From positions 15,066,001 to 15,130,000 of the forward strand of contig OZ024757.1 of NCBI GenBank assembly GCA_964016885.1: a stretch of 64,000 bases of DNA, in the 5' to 3' direction. The notes under the pieces are model-generated. The model ran no database searches. It had not been told where the DNA came from and saw nothing but the letters and a program-made list of their open reading frames with translations. Position numbers and translations under genes: made by a program. Of this stretch, positions 36,701-48,539 are shown piece by piece. Each line of letters starts with the position of its first letter. The stretch's first letter is position 1. The stretch is from Eledone cirrhosa (taxonomy: Eukaryota).

Positions 36701-37919
36701 ATTCCAATGCATTACTGGTACTTTATTTTATCGACCCCGTAGGGATGAAAGGCAAAGTCAACTTCGGTGGGATTTGGAAGTTTTTGTCGTGTCACCGACT
36801 GGCAGGATATATATATATAAGAGGAATCAAATGCTGTGTGCAGGAGAGGCAGTTGCGCTGGTATGGACATGTGATGCGTATGAAGGATGACAGCTGCATA
36901 AAAAGGTGCAGAGCACGAGAAGTTGATGGAAACCGCGGAGTGGGGAGACCCAAGATGACCTGGGATGAGGTGATAAAAGCCGACCTTACCCAATTACACC
37001 TCTCAAAGACAATGACACACGACCGTGACTTCTGGCGTCACGCAGTAATACAGAGTACCCGACCTCCCATGGGTACATGCTGAAGCATATAAACAATATG
37101 CCCCCACACCCCCCACCGCAAGGTGGTCGTGGAGGTGCCACGGCAAAAAAGCACCCAGCCCACACTGTAAAGTGGACGTGTAGGCGCCACGAAAAAGCAC
37201 CCAGCACTCACTGTAAATGAGGTTGGTGTTAGGAAGGGCATCCAGCTGTAGAAATCAAGCCAGATCAGTTCCTGTATGAGCAAGGCATGGTCAGCCGACC
37301 AGACACTGCACACAACAGGACAACCCGTCTAACCCATGCTAGCGTGGAAGAACGGACGTAAAACGGTGATGATGATGATGATGATGATATATATATATGA
37401 TTAAGTCAGAAAAGAAGATGCAACATTTATAACGTATCTCATAGCCTCCATGTGTGATGGGAAGAAAGCTGGAAGTGGAAGCTATCCTCAGTCTGGTGAT
37501 GTAGTGCTAATGCTTACAATAGTGAGGACTTTGCTGAAGGCCTCCAAGAACCAGGTGGTGGTGTTAAACAAGGCAACACACTCTTATTAATAATCTTATT
37601 AGTATTCGATTTGTTTACAAGTAAACAGCCTTATAAAACACCACATGGTAGCGATGACAACATCATCCTTTTGTTCCAGAGTGTCTTGCTCCATGTCAAG
37701 TTTGTGTATTCTGCTCATTAGCTACCATCTGGAACTGCTGAGAATACATTAAATTCTCAAATGTATACATTGGCTGATTAGCCTCATTTGCATTCCCGAG
37801 CAATTTAATATATTTACTGTAAAAATAATTGAAAAAGCAGGAAGGTTAAGCCAACAGATTTAATCTAACCACAATATTCAGACTGTAGCCCAGATTGGTT
37901 TAATCAACTTTAAATGGTG

Positions 37920-37976
<57 letters not shown>

Positions 37977-40900
37977 CCCTCTGTCTGGTAAGACAACTAC
38001 AGAAGTATTTAGCTAAGAGTAAGCCTCTGTATCTAGCATTTGTGGATCTGGAGAAGGCCTTTAACAGGGTCTCATGTTCTATAATCTGGTAGGTACTTAG
38101 AAAGCTAGGTGTTGACAAATGGCTTGTGAGGGCCATGTATAAAGGATTAACCAGCAGAGTGTGAGTTGGCAATGAGTAGTGATGAATTTGAATTGCAGGT
38201 GCGGGTTCACCAGGGATCAGTCCTCAGTCAGTCCACTCCTGTTTATCATTGTACTTCAGGACATCACTGAGGAGTTTAAAACTGGTAATCCATGGGAGCT
38301 CCTATATGCGGATGACCTAGTCTTCATAACTGAATCCATAGGAGTTAGAAACAAAATTTCAAACATGGAAGAAAAACCTAGAGCTGAAAGGCCTTAAAGT
38401 GAATTTAGCAAAGACTAAAGTCTTAATAAGTAGGAAAGAAGACAGAAAAGTGACCTTGTTGAATATGTCGGAAGGGGGTGGGCAGTAATTCTATAAGGTA
38501 CACACAATGTAAATTATGAACAGACAAGGGGTGTAGTGGGATTGCAGGTAGGCTAATGTAAAAGACAGACTTTATATACAACAGATGCACAGGGGAAGTA
38601 AGCACAAAGACTCTCAGACTCAGAAGCTCCCGCGTCTTGCGATGCATGAGGCAATCATAGTGTTCCACCGCGTTCGGTCAGCAGCCTGTTGCACAGCGTC
38701 CTGCCATTATCTGTTTGTCGCTCGCAGGTCCCTCTCAACTGTCTGGCACCAGTTCATTTTGGGTCGCCCTCTCCGTCTGCTTCCCTGTGGTTTCCATTTA
38801 AGTACAAAGAGCACACATGAAAAAGATTCCCTCAACTGCCAGGGAAATTCTCTAGAACTTGTTGACAGCTTTTGCTATGTAAACGATAAAAATTAGTAGT
38901 GGGGGAGGATGTGCTGAAAATGTGATAGCTAGGATAAGAACAGGGTGGAAGAAGTTTAGAGATCTATTACTGTTGTTAACAACAAAATACTTTTCTTTCA
39001 GGAAAATAAGTATTGGGGTTGATATGGTCAACTAAATCAAGGCAGTGCCCCAGCATGGCCACAGTCTAATGACTGAAAAAAGTAAAAGAATAAAAGAAAA
39101 ATATACAAACAACAGCATTGAAGAGTTTTTACCTGATTAAATCATCCCTTGACCGGAAGATTTTAGCTTCTTTGTGTATTTTATAAGTGGGGAACACAAC
39201 ACGTCCAATATTTACTTGCAGCATCTGAAATCTGAAAATCCAGAAATTGAGGAAATATTATACACAACATGGCCATGATGCAGCACCACTGGATATGGTA
39301 GAGCTGTCTGGAAAATGTATATACAGATGGTAGTGGTGGTGCAATGTTAAAATGTACTCAGTAAGCTTTGTAAAGTGGAAGTGCTTATGCCACAATAAAA
39401 TGCACCAAGTTCACTCTGTAAAATGGTAGTGCTAGTGATGAGCTAAAATACACCCAGAACACTTTGTAAAGTGGTAGTGCTGATGACAAGATAAAATGTA
39501 CTTTGTAAACTCTGTAAAGTTGTAGTGTTGGTGTCCCGATAACATGTACTCAGTACACTCTGTAAAATGAACTCTTTTAAGTGATAGTCCTGATTCCACA
39601 ATAAAATGCACTTACTATACTCTGTAAAGTGGCAGTGCTGGTGACATAAAATGAACCCAATCCACTCAGTAAAGTTGTAGTACTTGTGTCATGATAAAAT
39701 GCACCTAGTACACTCTGTAAAATGGTAGTGTATATTCAGAGTAGACTCATTCACTTGAACCATGTTTGTCACTCGCATCCATCTTTCAACAAACTGGCTG
39801 GAAGGCAGCACTTCCTTCTCTACCTTGATTTTCCTCAAGTGAAACTTGGAAAACTCAATCAGGGCCTCACCAAGAAAAGTTCCTGTCCTTAACCCTTTTA
39901 ACTGCATCTATCACACAACCTCTTTCACCAATAACAACAACTATAACATAAAGTGACTTACAATTGAGCAGAAATAGCACCACTCGTTTCCTCTTCCAGT
40001 GAGTTCACACATAATGAAAACAGAGTTAACATGCGTATGAAAACTGACCGTTGAGATTCCACTAGCTTAAAGCAGGATCCTAGGAGCTTTTTGGACCTGT
40101 AATAAAACAAATGAACAGCTATCAGAATTCAGGAAATATTATTGAGGCACATGGCTTAGTGGTTAGAGCATTGGCCTTGCAATCGAAAGGTTGTGAGTTC
40201 ACTTCTCAGACTGGATGATGTGTTGTTTCCTTGAGCAAGACACTTTATTTCACATTGCTCCAGTTTACTCAGCTGTAGAAATGAGATGATAGGACTGGGG
40301 TCCCTATCATTCCACTGCAAAGTGGTCATGGAGGTGCCACGGAAAAAAAGCACCCAGCACTCACTGTAAATGCGGTTGGTGTTAGGAAGGGCATGCAGCT
40401 GTAGAAATCAAGCCAGAATCAGTTCCCGTCCCACCCTTGCAAGCAGGGAAAAAGCAGACGTAAAATGAAATGAATGAATGATGATGAAATGATTATATGA
40501 TGAGATTATAGAAATTTCAGCTTGAAATAGTTTTTATTCAGTCTAACTCTTTAGCATTTACATTACTCTATATTTACTATTGTATTTTCATGGTAAAATA
40601 CTGAATCTACGAGATTTTGATATTATTTATTTTAAGAATAATACCTTAACATCAGGATGAGTGGCTAGTTATGGCTGATTTGAACAGAAACAAGTGAAAG
40701 AATTCTGGCCGGATACAGACGGTTTTAATGCTAAAGGGTTAAGGCAAGGGTAGAGGATTGGCAACACATTCTATCTGATGTTCTAACAACTCTGACAATT
40801 TTCTGTCCATGAAGAGAAAAAGAACTCGGTAAATCATCGAATTATATCATCAATGGCCAAACTGTTGATATAATTCACTCTATTAACAAGTCAAGACCAA

Positions 40901-43900
40901 TGGATTGGCAGAGTTGTTAGAGTGTTAGACAAATGCTTAGCAGGATTTGTTCCAGCTCTTTACATCATGATTTCAAATCACATCGAGGTCAACTTTACCT
41001 TTCATCCTTTCGGGGTCAATAAAATAAAGTACCAGTCAACTATACCTTTAATCCTTTCAGGGTCAATAAAATAAAGTACCAACCACCTTTACATTTCAGG
41101 GTCAATAAAATAAAGTACCAACCACCTTTACCTTTCGGGGTCAATAAAATAAAGTAACAACCACCTTTACCTTTTGGGGTCAATAAAATAAAGTACCAAC
41201 CACCTTTACCTTTCGGGGTCAATAAAATAAAGTACCAACCACCTTTACCTTTCGGGGTCAATAAAATAAAGTACCAACCACCTTTACCTTTCGGGGTCAA
41301 TAAAATAAAGTACCAACCACCTTTACCTTTCAGGGTCAATAAAATAAAGTACCAACCACCTTTACCTTTCGGGGTCAATCAAATAAAGTACCAACCACCT
41401 TTACCTTTCATTTTTTCAGGGTCAAATTAATCAACATACCCTTTCTCCTAAATTATTGGGCCTGTGTCTAAATATAAAAAATCATAACAAAGGTTTACAA
41501 TACAACAAAATGTGATCTAAACAAATTGTTACCGATTCATCATTGATTTTTCAACAGTATTCGATCCATTTGGTTGAAAGAGAGATCTGACAGATTTCTG
41601 TTTACAGTGTTTCAATAAAAGTTCAACTATTTGAACTTTGGTCTGGTTGGAACAATTATGGTAAAATGATTTGGCAACTGTTCTTAAATCTGTGGCAGAC
41701 AACAAGTGTAGAGTTTCGTCTAGTTGGGTTAAATCTTGTTCTGAAATTGAGATATATGTCATTATAAATACTTGTGGATCTTAAATAGTTGTCTCCCCTC
41801 CCACTTATTAATTTTTTAGATTTTTTCCAACTGCCCTGCTCTTATTCCAACCAGCCCCTGCTCTTATTCCAACCACCCTCCACTCTTATTCGAACCAGCT
41901 CCTGCTCTTATTCCAACCACCTTGTACATTACTAGAAATCCCATATGTTACAAAATAAATAAGATAGGTTGGGGTCTCAATATGTAAACTAAATGACTAA
42001 CTCTGGTTTTTAAAAGTTCATTGGCCTTGCAATCAAAAGGTTGTGAGTTCAATTCTCAGATCGGGTCATGTGTTGTCTCCTTGAGCAAGACACTTTATTT
42101 CACATTGCTCCAGTTTACTCAGCTGTAGAAATGAGATGATAGGGACTGGGGTCCCTATCATTCCACTGCAAAGCAGCCATCCCACACTGTAAAGTGGACG
42201 TGTAGGCGCCACGGAAAAAAAGCACCCAGCACTCACTGTAAATGTGGTTGGTGTTAGGAAGGGCATCCAGCTGTAGAAATCAAGCCAAAATCAGTTCCCG
42301 TCCCACCCTTGCAAGCAGGGAAAAGTGGATGTAAAATAATGATGATGAATGGAGACAACTGAAAAAATAACCGACCCCCCCCCCCCCCCCCCCATTATTT
42401 TGGACCCAAGAGTATAGGATATAGATACATGCCAAATATGTAGAGTTTCAGATTGGTATGAAACTTGTCTCTGTGAGTATATGTATGATGCCCGAACGAG
42501 TATCTCACACCTTCAACTATCTTAGCCTTAGTCTCTTGGTCCCAGCCAACAGGATGGAGACACACTGGAACAATCACTACCTAGCGGGGTTTGCACCTGC
42601 AAGCAACCAACTCCACTCCGATATCATTGAGCAGGGATGTGGTCATGGGGCCCAAGAACACTGGAAGTCTCCACAGCTACTGGCTCTACTGCAAACCTAA
42701 CAGAGAGCAGCCGATACTTGGACAGTTTGTCCATTTCAGCCTGGCAAGTAGCAGAGCTTGAGCTGATAACTGAACACACCAGGTTTAGAAAGTGTCACAG
42801 CATATAGCATCCCAGATGAGAGGCCTACCCTTACAAAACAGGAAAAACCATCATGCTGTCTGGCCCTGCTGGCTTGAACTGAGAAGGGAAGCCTGCACCA
42901 TCAAGGCCATACATTATGATCTAGTTGAGAGCAGCATGGATTGGGAGGTGGCCAGCCCTGTGACAGCATGACAGTGGGTGGAGACTAAAAGGATCCACAG
43001 TGGTAGTGCAGTGGCATTTGTGAGGCTCACAGATTCGAAGGTTTTGAGACTCAGGGAAACATTGATGTGCAAGCACTTGCTGGCCAGCTGAGTGCTAGTC
43101 GCAAGTGATGGAGCTGCGTTGAACCAGGCACCAGTGGGGTTGGGAGGCCTAGCGGAAATATGTCAGAGGGTGCTGGTTGAGCTGGCACACCAACCTGTCT
43201 GAAATAATGTTGTAATGAACGGCATCTCATTTGTTTTGGGGAGACTGGACGTCTATGGAAGAGAGATATTAAATGGAGATAATTTTGATGATGATACAAG
43301 CCCAACAATATTAAACAGAAAAGGTAATAAAGGTAATTCTCACCTGAATGGGCCAAACCAGCTTCTATTAACTCCTTGATAAATTCAGAAAGGTCTTCAG
43401 CAATTTCTGAGTATTTTATCTTTGATTGCATTCTCCACATCAACTTGCGTGAAAACATTCGTACATACAATTTCTGGCCAACCTCTGTTTAAAGTAACAA
43501 TTTCCATCATCAACAATAATACTTTACATGTTCCTACCTACTTTTATATCTTTCAGTAAGTTTAATAACAAAGCAAGCATTTTGTTTTGAAGACAGCGAG
43601 TGAAGTTTGAAATTGAGTTAGAAATAGAAGCTTTTGCCGTATTTTGACTAAAGAAAATTAGTCTAATAGTGGGGTTTAAAACCCTCTAAATTGACAAGGA
43701 TGAGTATTGACGCACATGGGAGTCGAACCTATATCTTTGGTTATCCAGACCACTGTAACGTCAATACTCATCCCTTTCCATTTAGAGGGTTTTAAACACC
43801 ACTATCAAGCTAATTTTCAGTCAAAATACAGTGAAAGCTTCTATTTCTAACTAAATTTATATCTTTCAGTTTTACACACAAATATTTTTGTTCTTATATT

Positions 43901-46900
43901 TCTAATAAAAGGCACTGACTAGAATTTTCAAAGATTTCGTAATATAACAAACTTTCTTATTTAGAATTACAATGGAAGGTTTTTAGATAAATATAAACAC
44001 TTTACAATAAGTTTAGTATCAAAGAACCAAGGGCCTTGATTCTGCATGACTGAATGTGGTCCTTTTGAATGACTGAGTGTGACCCTTCTGAAAGACGAAG
44101 TGTGGCTCTTTTGAAGGACAAAGTGTGGCCTTCTGGAAGACTAAGTGTGGTCCTTTTGAAAAGGTTAATTATGCGTGCTGCTTTCTGAAAGAAGCAAAAT
44201 GTCTGAAGGCAATCCTTCATGTTGGGGCATATTTTTGCAGATTTCATTTTATTTAATTCTCATCATCATCGTTCAACGTCCATTTTCCATGCTAGCAGTA
44301 GTAGAATGGGCTGTCCTTTTGGGAAAGATCAGGTCAGAGGACCATGCTTCGCTCACCCAGGGTTGATTTTGGCTTGGTTTCTACAGCTGGATGCTCTTCC
44401 TAATGCCAACCACATTTACACTGTGTGCTTTTTGCCATGACACCAACATGGCCACTATACAGTGTGGATTGGGCGCTTCTTTTCAACTAATTATGGCTTG
44501 TAAAAAAAAAAGCTCAGCTATATTTCTTTATTTACATATATAATTCAATAATCAATCAAGTTTCCATAACTGGTGTAGCCAGTTGTTAGAGTATCACTGT
44601 AGATGTGCTACAGGTGCAGCCAGTCGTTAGGGTACTACTCTAAATATCTGTGTGTCCATCATGGCATTCAATAGACCTTAGAAATACTTGATGGTGCCCA
44701 TCTCCTCTCCAAGTGTATATTTATATATTTTAGAAAATAACTGAAGTTTAGTAAGATAATATTTTACAAAATGTGGCCTTGTTAGATGTCAGATAATTTC
44801 TATGCAGTCTCGTAAACACAAAACGATCCTCCCATTCTGAATATAAAATCTCTCCCAGCTTTCTATAATAGACATATAGAATTTATGTAGATAAACTGAA
44901 TTTGAATTTTGGGTAATGACTGAAAGAATACAATCGTGAATGGGGTTCCTCCAAAGGATCTTTGGAGTAACGTTACTCGATAGAGTGTGTAGCTCAGAGA
45001 TCAAAGAGTTACTCCTGGTAGAGCCACTACTTCTCTGAATTGAGAAATCACAACTTTGATACTATGGGCATGTGGTTAGAATGTCTCAGGAAAGAATCGC
45101 TGGACAGATTTTACAGACAAAACCAACCAACAAGAGACCCAGGGGTAGACTCCGAGCAAGATGGTTGGTCATGCTTGGGGATCCAGCCAGATCAGTTAGA
45201 GACAGTAGCTTCTGACATGACCCGCTGGAAAGAGTGTTTGAGGACTCTGCTCCCACGACCCTCCCAGAAATAAGTGGGTGAAGAAGAAGAACTAAATTTG
45301 AAAACTTAACTGACCTGAAAGTTTCTTAAACTTCTCCACAACTTTCATATCAGCATCATTGAAGAGACATTTATAATGCTCATCTTTAAGCACCTGTGTC
45401 ATCATCGCCACAAAGTTCTCAAGATAATAAGGAACACGGAACTGTACATCTCCATCTCCGTCAGCGTCCATCTCTTCAGGCTGTGAGCCTGTTCCTTCAT
45501 CAAAGAATTCATCTGATTTACATATATCTTCAGCGATTTCAATCTCTTTTAAAAGAGAGGAATCATTGTTAAAAGAATTTGAAGAACCCTGTTTTTCAAA
45601 ATCAGGTAAATTTAGCTGCTGCTGTTGTTTATCATCCATTCCATCACCTGCCTGTACAAATTTTCTAGAATCTTTAGATGTCTTTAGTTCACTGGGTTTA
45701 TCATCCATTCCATTACCTGATGATAGAAGTTTTCTAGAATCTTTGGATGTCTTCCGTTCACTGGGTTTATCATCCATTTCCTCACCTGCCTGTAGAGATC
45801 TTCTAGAATCTTTGGATGTCTTCAGTTCACTGGATTTATCATCCATTTCCTCACCTGCCTGTAGAGATTTTTTAGAATCTTTGGATGTCTTTAGTTCACT
45901 GGGTTTATCATCCATTCCTGCCTGTAGAGATTTGCTTGCATCTTTTGGAGTTTTTAGTTCACCAGATATATCATCACTTGTAAAATCTGCTGTACAGCCA
46001 TCAACAATGGCTGAACTCAAACTTTTCTCTGTTGCATTAGTTAGATTTAATTTACATGAGCTGTTAGTGTCATTAGTTTTACTTTGTGAGGACGGAATAT
46101 TTTGTATTCCTGACAGCAGATGTATTGAGTTATCACTGAGCTCACCATCAACCTTGTTGTTAACACCAAATACCGGTGCATGCTGTAATGCAGGTTTTGT
46201 TAATGGTGCAACTTCAGTTTGATCTGAAGTCAATACCAATTGATTATCTGATGTTTCAATACAACTGTTATTAACAAGTGATGGTAATGTTTTAAGTCTT
46301 GCCGAAGATTCAGTTTGGTTTTCTGAGTCTAGAGAATTACTTAAACAATCTTTTATTCCATTTTCAGAGGATATGTCGATTATTTCAATACCATTCTTTG
46401 GTAATTTTTCTGTTTGTTTCTCATTTCTTGTCCTCCTCTTCTTCAAAGACAACCGACTTTTTAGATACCTTCCTGACTGGTCACTATCACCACGTGGGTT
46501 ACATGATTCACTTTGTGTATCTCGGCATGTCTGTGCGGTCAAGTAGGATGATTCAACCTCTGGAGATAGAAAAAGATAAAACTATATATATATATATTCG
46601 TGTGTATGCAAAAAGTAAACAGAAATAACAAAGCAAATGACACAGTACAATGAAGAAAATACACTAGTTTAACATTTGATATAGTAGAAAAAGTCTTAAC
46701 ATTTCAGACACTAGCCCTTCATCACAAGATAGAATGAAAAGTAAAAGATGAAATAGAAAGATTGAGGACCATCGTGCATCTCTTCTGACAATTGCTAAAC
46801 AATTTGAAGTGGCTGAGGACACAGAGCACAGAGTCATTCAGGATGATCTGAACATGCAGAAAGTTTGTTCCCAAGGTGCCCTGAGTCTCTGGATCTACTG

Positions 46901-48507
46901 TTATGATCCAAAGACCAAGAGACAGAGTGCCCAGTGGAAACATTCTGACTCCCCCAAAACCCAGGCAAAGCTGGTCCACTGGAAAGCTCATGATGATCCC
47001 TTTCCTTGACAGCAAGGGCATCATCTATATCCACTGGGTCTCCAACACCCAGACAGTCAACAAACAGTACTATATAGAGGTTTTGAGGCAGTTCAGAAAG
47101 AGATTTCATTGCCAGACCAGAACCCTTCAAATCTGGCCAGTGGCTCCTTCACCAGGACAATGCTCTCTGCAACCAATCCATCCAGGTAACCAACTACTTG
47201 GCCAATATGGGAATCATGACTATCGCTCATCCTCCCTACACTCCAGACTTAGCCCCATGCAACTTCTGGATGTTCCCAAAGCTGAAGAAGCTCAGGAGTA
47301 TCCGCTTTGAGGATGTGGTGGAGATGAAGGAGGCTGTGACTAGTGTCCCGGACACCTTCACTTTGTAGGACTACAAGGAGGGGCCGTCCAGAAGTCGCCG
47401 GAATGCTTCAACAAGTGAATAGAAGTTGAAGAATCCTTCTTTGAGGGAGACTAGAATTTTGTGTTGATTTGAGTTAAATAAATGTCTCTTTGATAAGTCT
47501 CAAAACCTTTGGAGTGTAGCTCATATGTGTCTGTGGTTGTAAGTGTGTATGTGTAGTGAAGAACAGATTTTTAATGGATAAATGAGTAAAGGTGTGTAAG
47601 TGCAGTTTGGTCAGCAACAATTTTGCCTGCTAGCATTAGTCAAGCCAAACAAGGCTAGGAAACGAATGTTTGTTACACAGGACATCTGGCATGATGGCGT
47701 ATGTAGGTTGGGCAAGTTAAGATTAGCCATTCTGCCGCATTCCTTTCCATTCCATTATTAATGGGTGGTTATTCTTTTTTTGTCCATGTCTTGCATTTGA
47801 TGATGTGTTTGCGGAAGAGGAGTTGGTGTTGATGTGCTCTTTAATTCGAAGGTGTAAGGGTCAAATAGGGCTACCAATGTAATTGGCTGCCCTTGTCACA
47901 TTCCAACTTGTACACCACATGTGTAGTGGGTCAAGCAATTGCTTAGGGTGCATCTGTTCTCTTCCTTGTTGCTAGCAATGACTAAGTATCCATTCTCATA
48001 TTTTTGTTCTAGTTGGAAAGGTTTCTTTAATTATAACCAAAAATCTCACTAACTTCTTTCTTTCACATGCTAAATATCGCATTCATATAAGATGATGTTC
48101 TATGTGTATTGAGATGTACAATTTATCTGTGTGTGGAGGGCTGACATAGATATCAGCAACCTATCACTATCCTAAATATACAAGCCTGGACAGAACACCA
48201 ACCAACCATATCAATCTTATAAGACTTGGACGACCTATAAAAGTCAAGAATACTGCCTCTTCTTCCTGTAACAAAACAAAAATAACAGATACATACCCTC
48301 TGAATCATTTAATGGATTTCGTTTCCTTTTATGAACTTTAACAGGTGAGTCTGAAGTGCGAGGTCTTTTAACTTCAACACTTTCTACATTTTGTCTGTCA
48401 AATGAGGAATTTGTAGCACCCTTCTTGAAAAAATGTTCAATTTTGCACTGTTTGTCCGTGTTTGAAGAAACCCCTTTGGGCAAACGTTTATGACTTTTAG
48501 GAGCCAT
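21677..48507 (-). CDS. FAN1: Fanconi-associated nuclease 1 (FAN1), 15 coding exons, 1099 aa
   Basis: Exons with GT-AG boundaries and consistent phases sum to 3300 nt. Motifs include [22 protein letters not shown]-like [26 protein letters not shown], and [15 protein letters not shown] and [16 protein letters not shown]. Confidence 0.93.
21897..22710 (+). mobile_element. Tc1/mariner-superfamily transposon (DD37D/maT-like), internally deleted, in the last FAN1 intron
   Basis: ~27-bp TIRs CAGGGTGAGGACGATATTTGTTCGCAA / TTGCAAACAAATATCGTCCGCACCCTG with TA TSDs; transposase motifs WQQ.LAPCH and [15 protein letters not shown]. Confidence 0.9.
23720..24056 (-). mobile_element. tRNA-derived SINE
   Basis: Similar copy at ~56940-57200; reverse strand carries a ..ccttgagcaagacac.. 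head. Confidence 0.6.
24896..25001 (-). CDS. FAN1: FAN1 coding exon 14 (VRR-NUC)
   Basis: [25 protein letters not shown]; cag/gtaag. Confidence 0.93.
25573..25701 (-). CDS. FAN1: FAN1 coding exon 13 (VRR-NUC)
   Basis: [22 protein letters not shown]. Confidence 0.93.
26134..26328. mobile_element. piggyBac-like MITE
   Basis: TTAA-CCCTTTA...TAAAGGG-TTAA termini; same family at ~29077, 32471, 34286, 40543. Confidence 0.7.
26402..26500 (-). CDS. FAN1: FAN1 coding exon 12
   Basis: [15 protein letters not shown]; cag/gttt. Confidence 0.85.
26750..28560 (-). mobile_element. RTE-clade LINE fragment with 3' tail
   Basis: [13 protein letters not shown]-like CSVC..C..C..WVHKRC..C..C insert, [20 protein letters not shown]; (CAT)n tail. 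Confidence 0.85.
28806..29002 (-). CDS. FAN1: FAN1 coding exon 11
   Basis: [32 protein letters not shown]. Confidence 0.93.
29077..30293. mobile_element. piggyBac-like MITE containing an expanded 60-bp tandem array
   Basis: TTAATCCTTTAGCATT ... ACTAAAGGGTTAA termini flank the array. Confidence 0.7.
29088..30165. repeat. 60-bp tandem repeat (~18 copies)
   Basis: Unit CATTACTCTATATTTACTATYAYATTTTCACAGTAAAGGCTTTACCTCACATAACATTTW. Confidence 0.95.
30700..30865 (-). CDS. FAN1: FAN1 coding exon 10
   Basis: [24 protein letters not shown]. Confidence 0.9.
32035..32430 (-). mobile_element. RTE-associated 3' end / SINE
   Basis: Reverse complement of 37000-37386 and 61500-61890. Confidence 0.75.
32872..33290. 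repeat. 49-bp tandem repeat (~8 copies) derived from a SINE segment
   Basis: Unit CCATCTGACAGGGTGGACTGGGTACCTTTTATTTTCAGCACCAAATTGA. Confidence 0.9.
33355..33516 (-). CDS. FAN1: FAN1 coding exon 9
   Basis: [26 protein letters not shown]; cag/gtaag. Confidence 0.88.
33636..34018 (+). mobile_element. tRNA-derived SINE (full length)
   Basis: A-box TGGCTTAGTGG, B-box-like GAGTTCAATTC, (GAT)n tail; copies at ~40145, ~42020 and ~56413. Confidence 0.85.
34843..35071 (-). CDS. FAN1: FAN1 coding exon 8 (TPR)
   Basis: [28 protein letters not shown]. Confidence 0.92.
35375..36245 (+). mobile_element. Degenerate RTE LINE 3' fragment
   Basis: [27 protein letters not shown]. Confidence 0.8.
36499..36633 (-). 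CDS. FAN1: FAN1 coding exon 7
   Basis: [11 protein letters not shown]...; tag/gtaag; phase 2/2 fits neighbours. Confidence 0.85.
36818..37388 (+). mobile_element. RTE LINE 3' end
   Basis: [19 protein letters not shown]; near-identical to 61318-61890; (GAT)n tail. Confidence 0.85.
37980..39000 (+). mobile_element. Degenerate RTE LINE RT fragment
   Basis: [26 protein letters not shown]. Confidence 0.8.
39133..39231 (-). CDS. FAN1: FAN1 coding exon 6
   Basis: [22 protein letters not shown]; cag/gtaaa. Confidence 0.9.
39720..39930 (-). mobile_element. Tx1-like ORF2 3' fragment
   Basis: [24 protein letters not shown], homologous to 17620-17750. Confidence 0.6.
39962..40096 (-). CDS. FAN1: FAN1 coding exon 5
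   Basis: [24 protein letters not shown]; cag/gtaagt. Confidence 0.88.
40145..40490 (+). mobile_element. tRNA-derived SINE
   Basis: Same family as 33636-34018. Confidence 0.85.
40995..41410. repeat. 39-bp tandem repeat (~10 copies) amplified from a SINE core
   Basis: Unit AATAAAATAAAGTACCAACCACCTTTACCTTTCGGGGTC inside a SINE spanning ~40905-41480. Confidence 0.92.
41533..41740 (-). CDS. FAN1: FAN1 coding exon 4 (SAP-like)
   Basis: [20 protein letters not shown]; cag/gtaac. Confidence 0.9.
42020..42348 (+). mobile_element. tRNA-derived SINE, 5'-truncated
   Basis: Same family as 33636-34018. Confidence 0.8.
43344..43484 (-). CDS. FAN1: FAN1 coding exon 3
   Basis: [16 protein letters not shown]; cag/gtgag. 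Confidence 0.9.
43610..43858. repeat. ~100-bp inverted repeat with tRNA-like spacer
   Basis: Arms 43610-43712 and 43759-43858; a related single arm at ~24475-24580. Confidence 0.8.
45315..46559 (-). CDS. FAN1: FAN1 coding exon 2 (large, disordered region)
   Basis: Open 1245-nt exon ending RVPYYLENF...KFKKLS; ctccag/gtcag boundaries. Confidence 0.9.
46730..47520 (+). mobile_element. Degenerate mariner transposon
   Basis: [21 protein letters not shown] and PY.PDL.P-like remnants across frames; ends approximate. Confidence 0.8.
48297..48507 (-). CDS. FAN1: FAN1 coding exon 1
   Basis: tttcag acceptor, ATG at 48507, [16 protein letters not shown], donor gtatgt, phase 1. Confidence 0.8.
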
Positions 48508-48539
48508 GCCGCTGAAATTTAAGAAATCAAAACAATACA

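Noticed and set aside
29088-41410. CRISPR-like regular repeats
   Set aside because: No unique spacers, no cas genes, eukaryotic intron context
45566-46222. 218-aa plus-strand ORF
   Set aside because: Antisense shadow of the repetitive FAN1 exon 2
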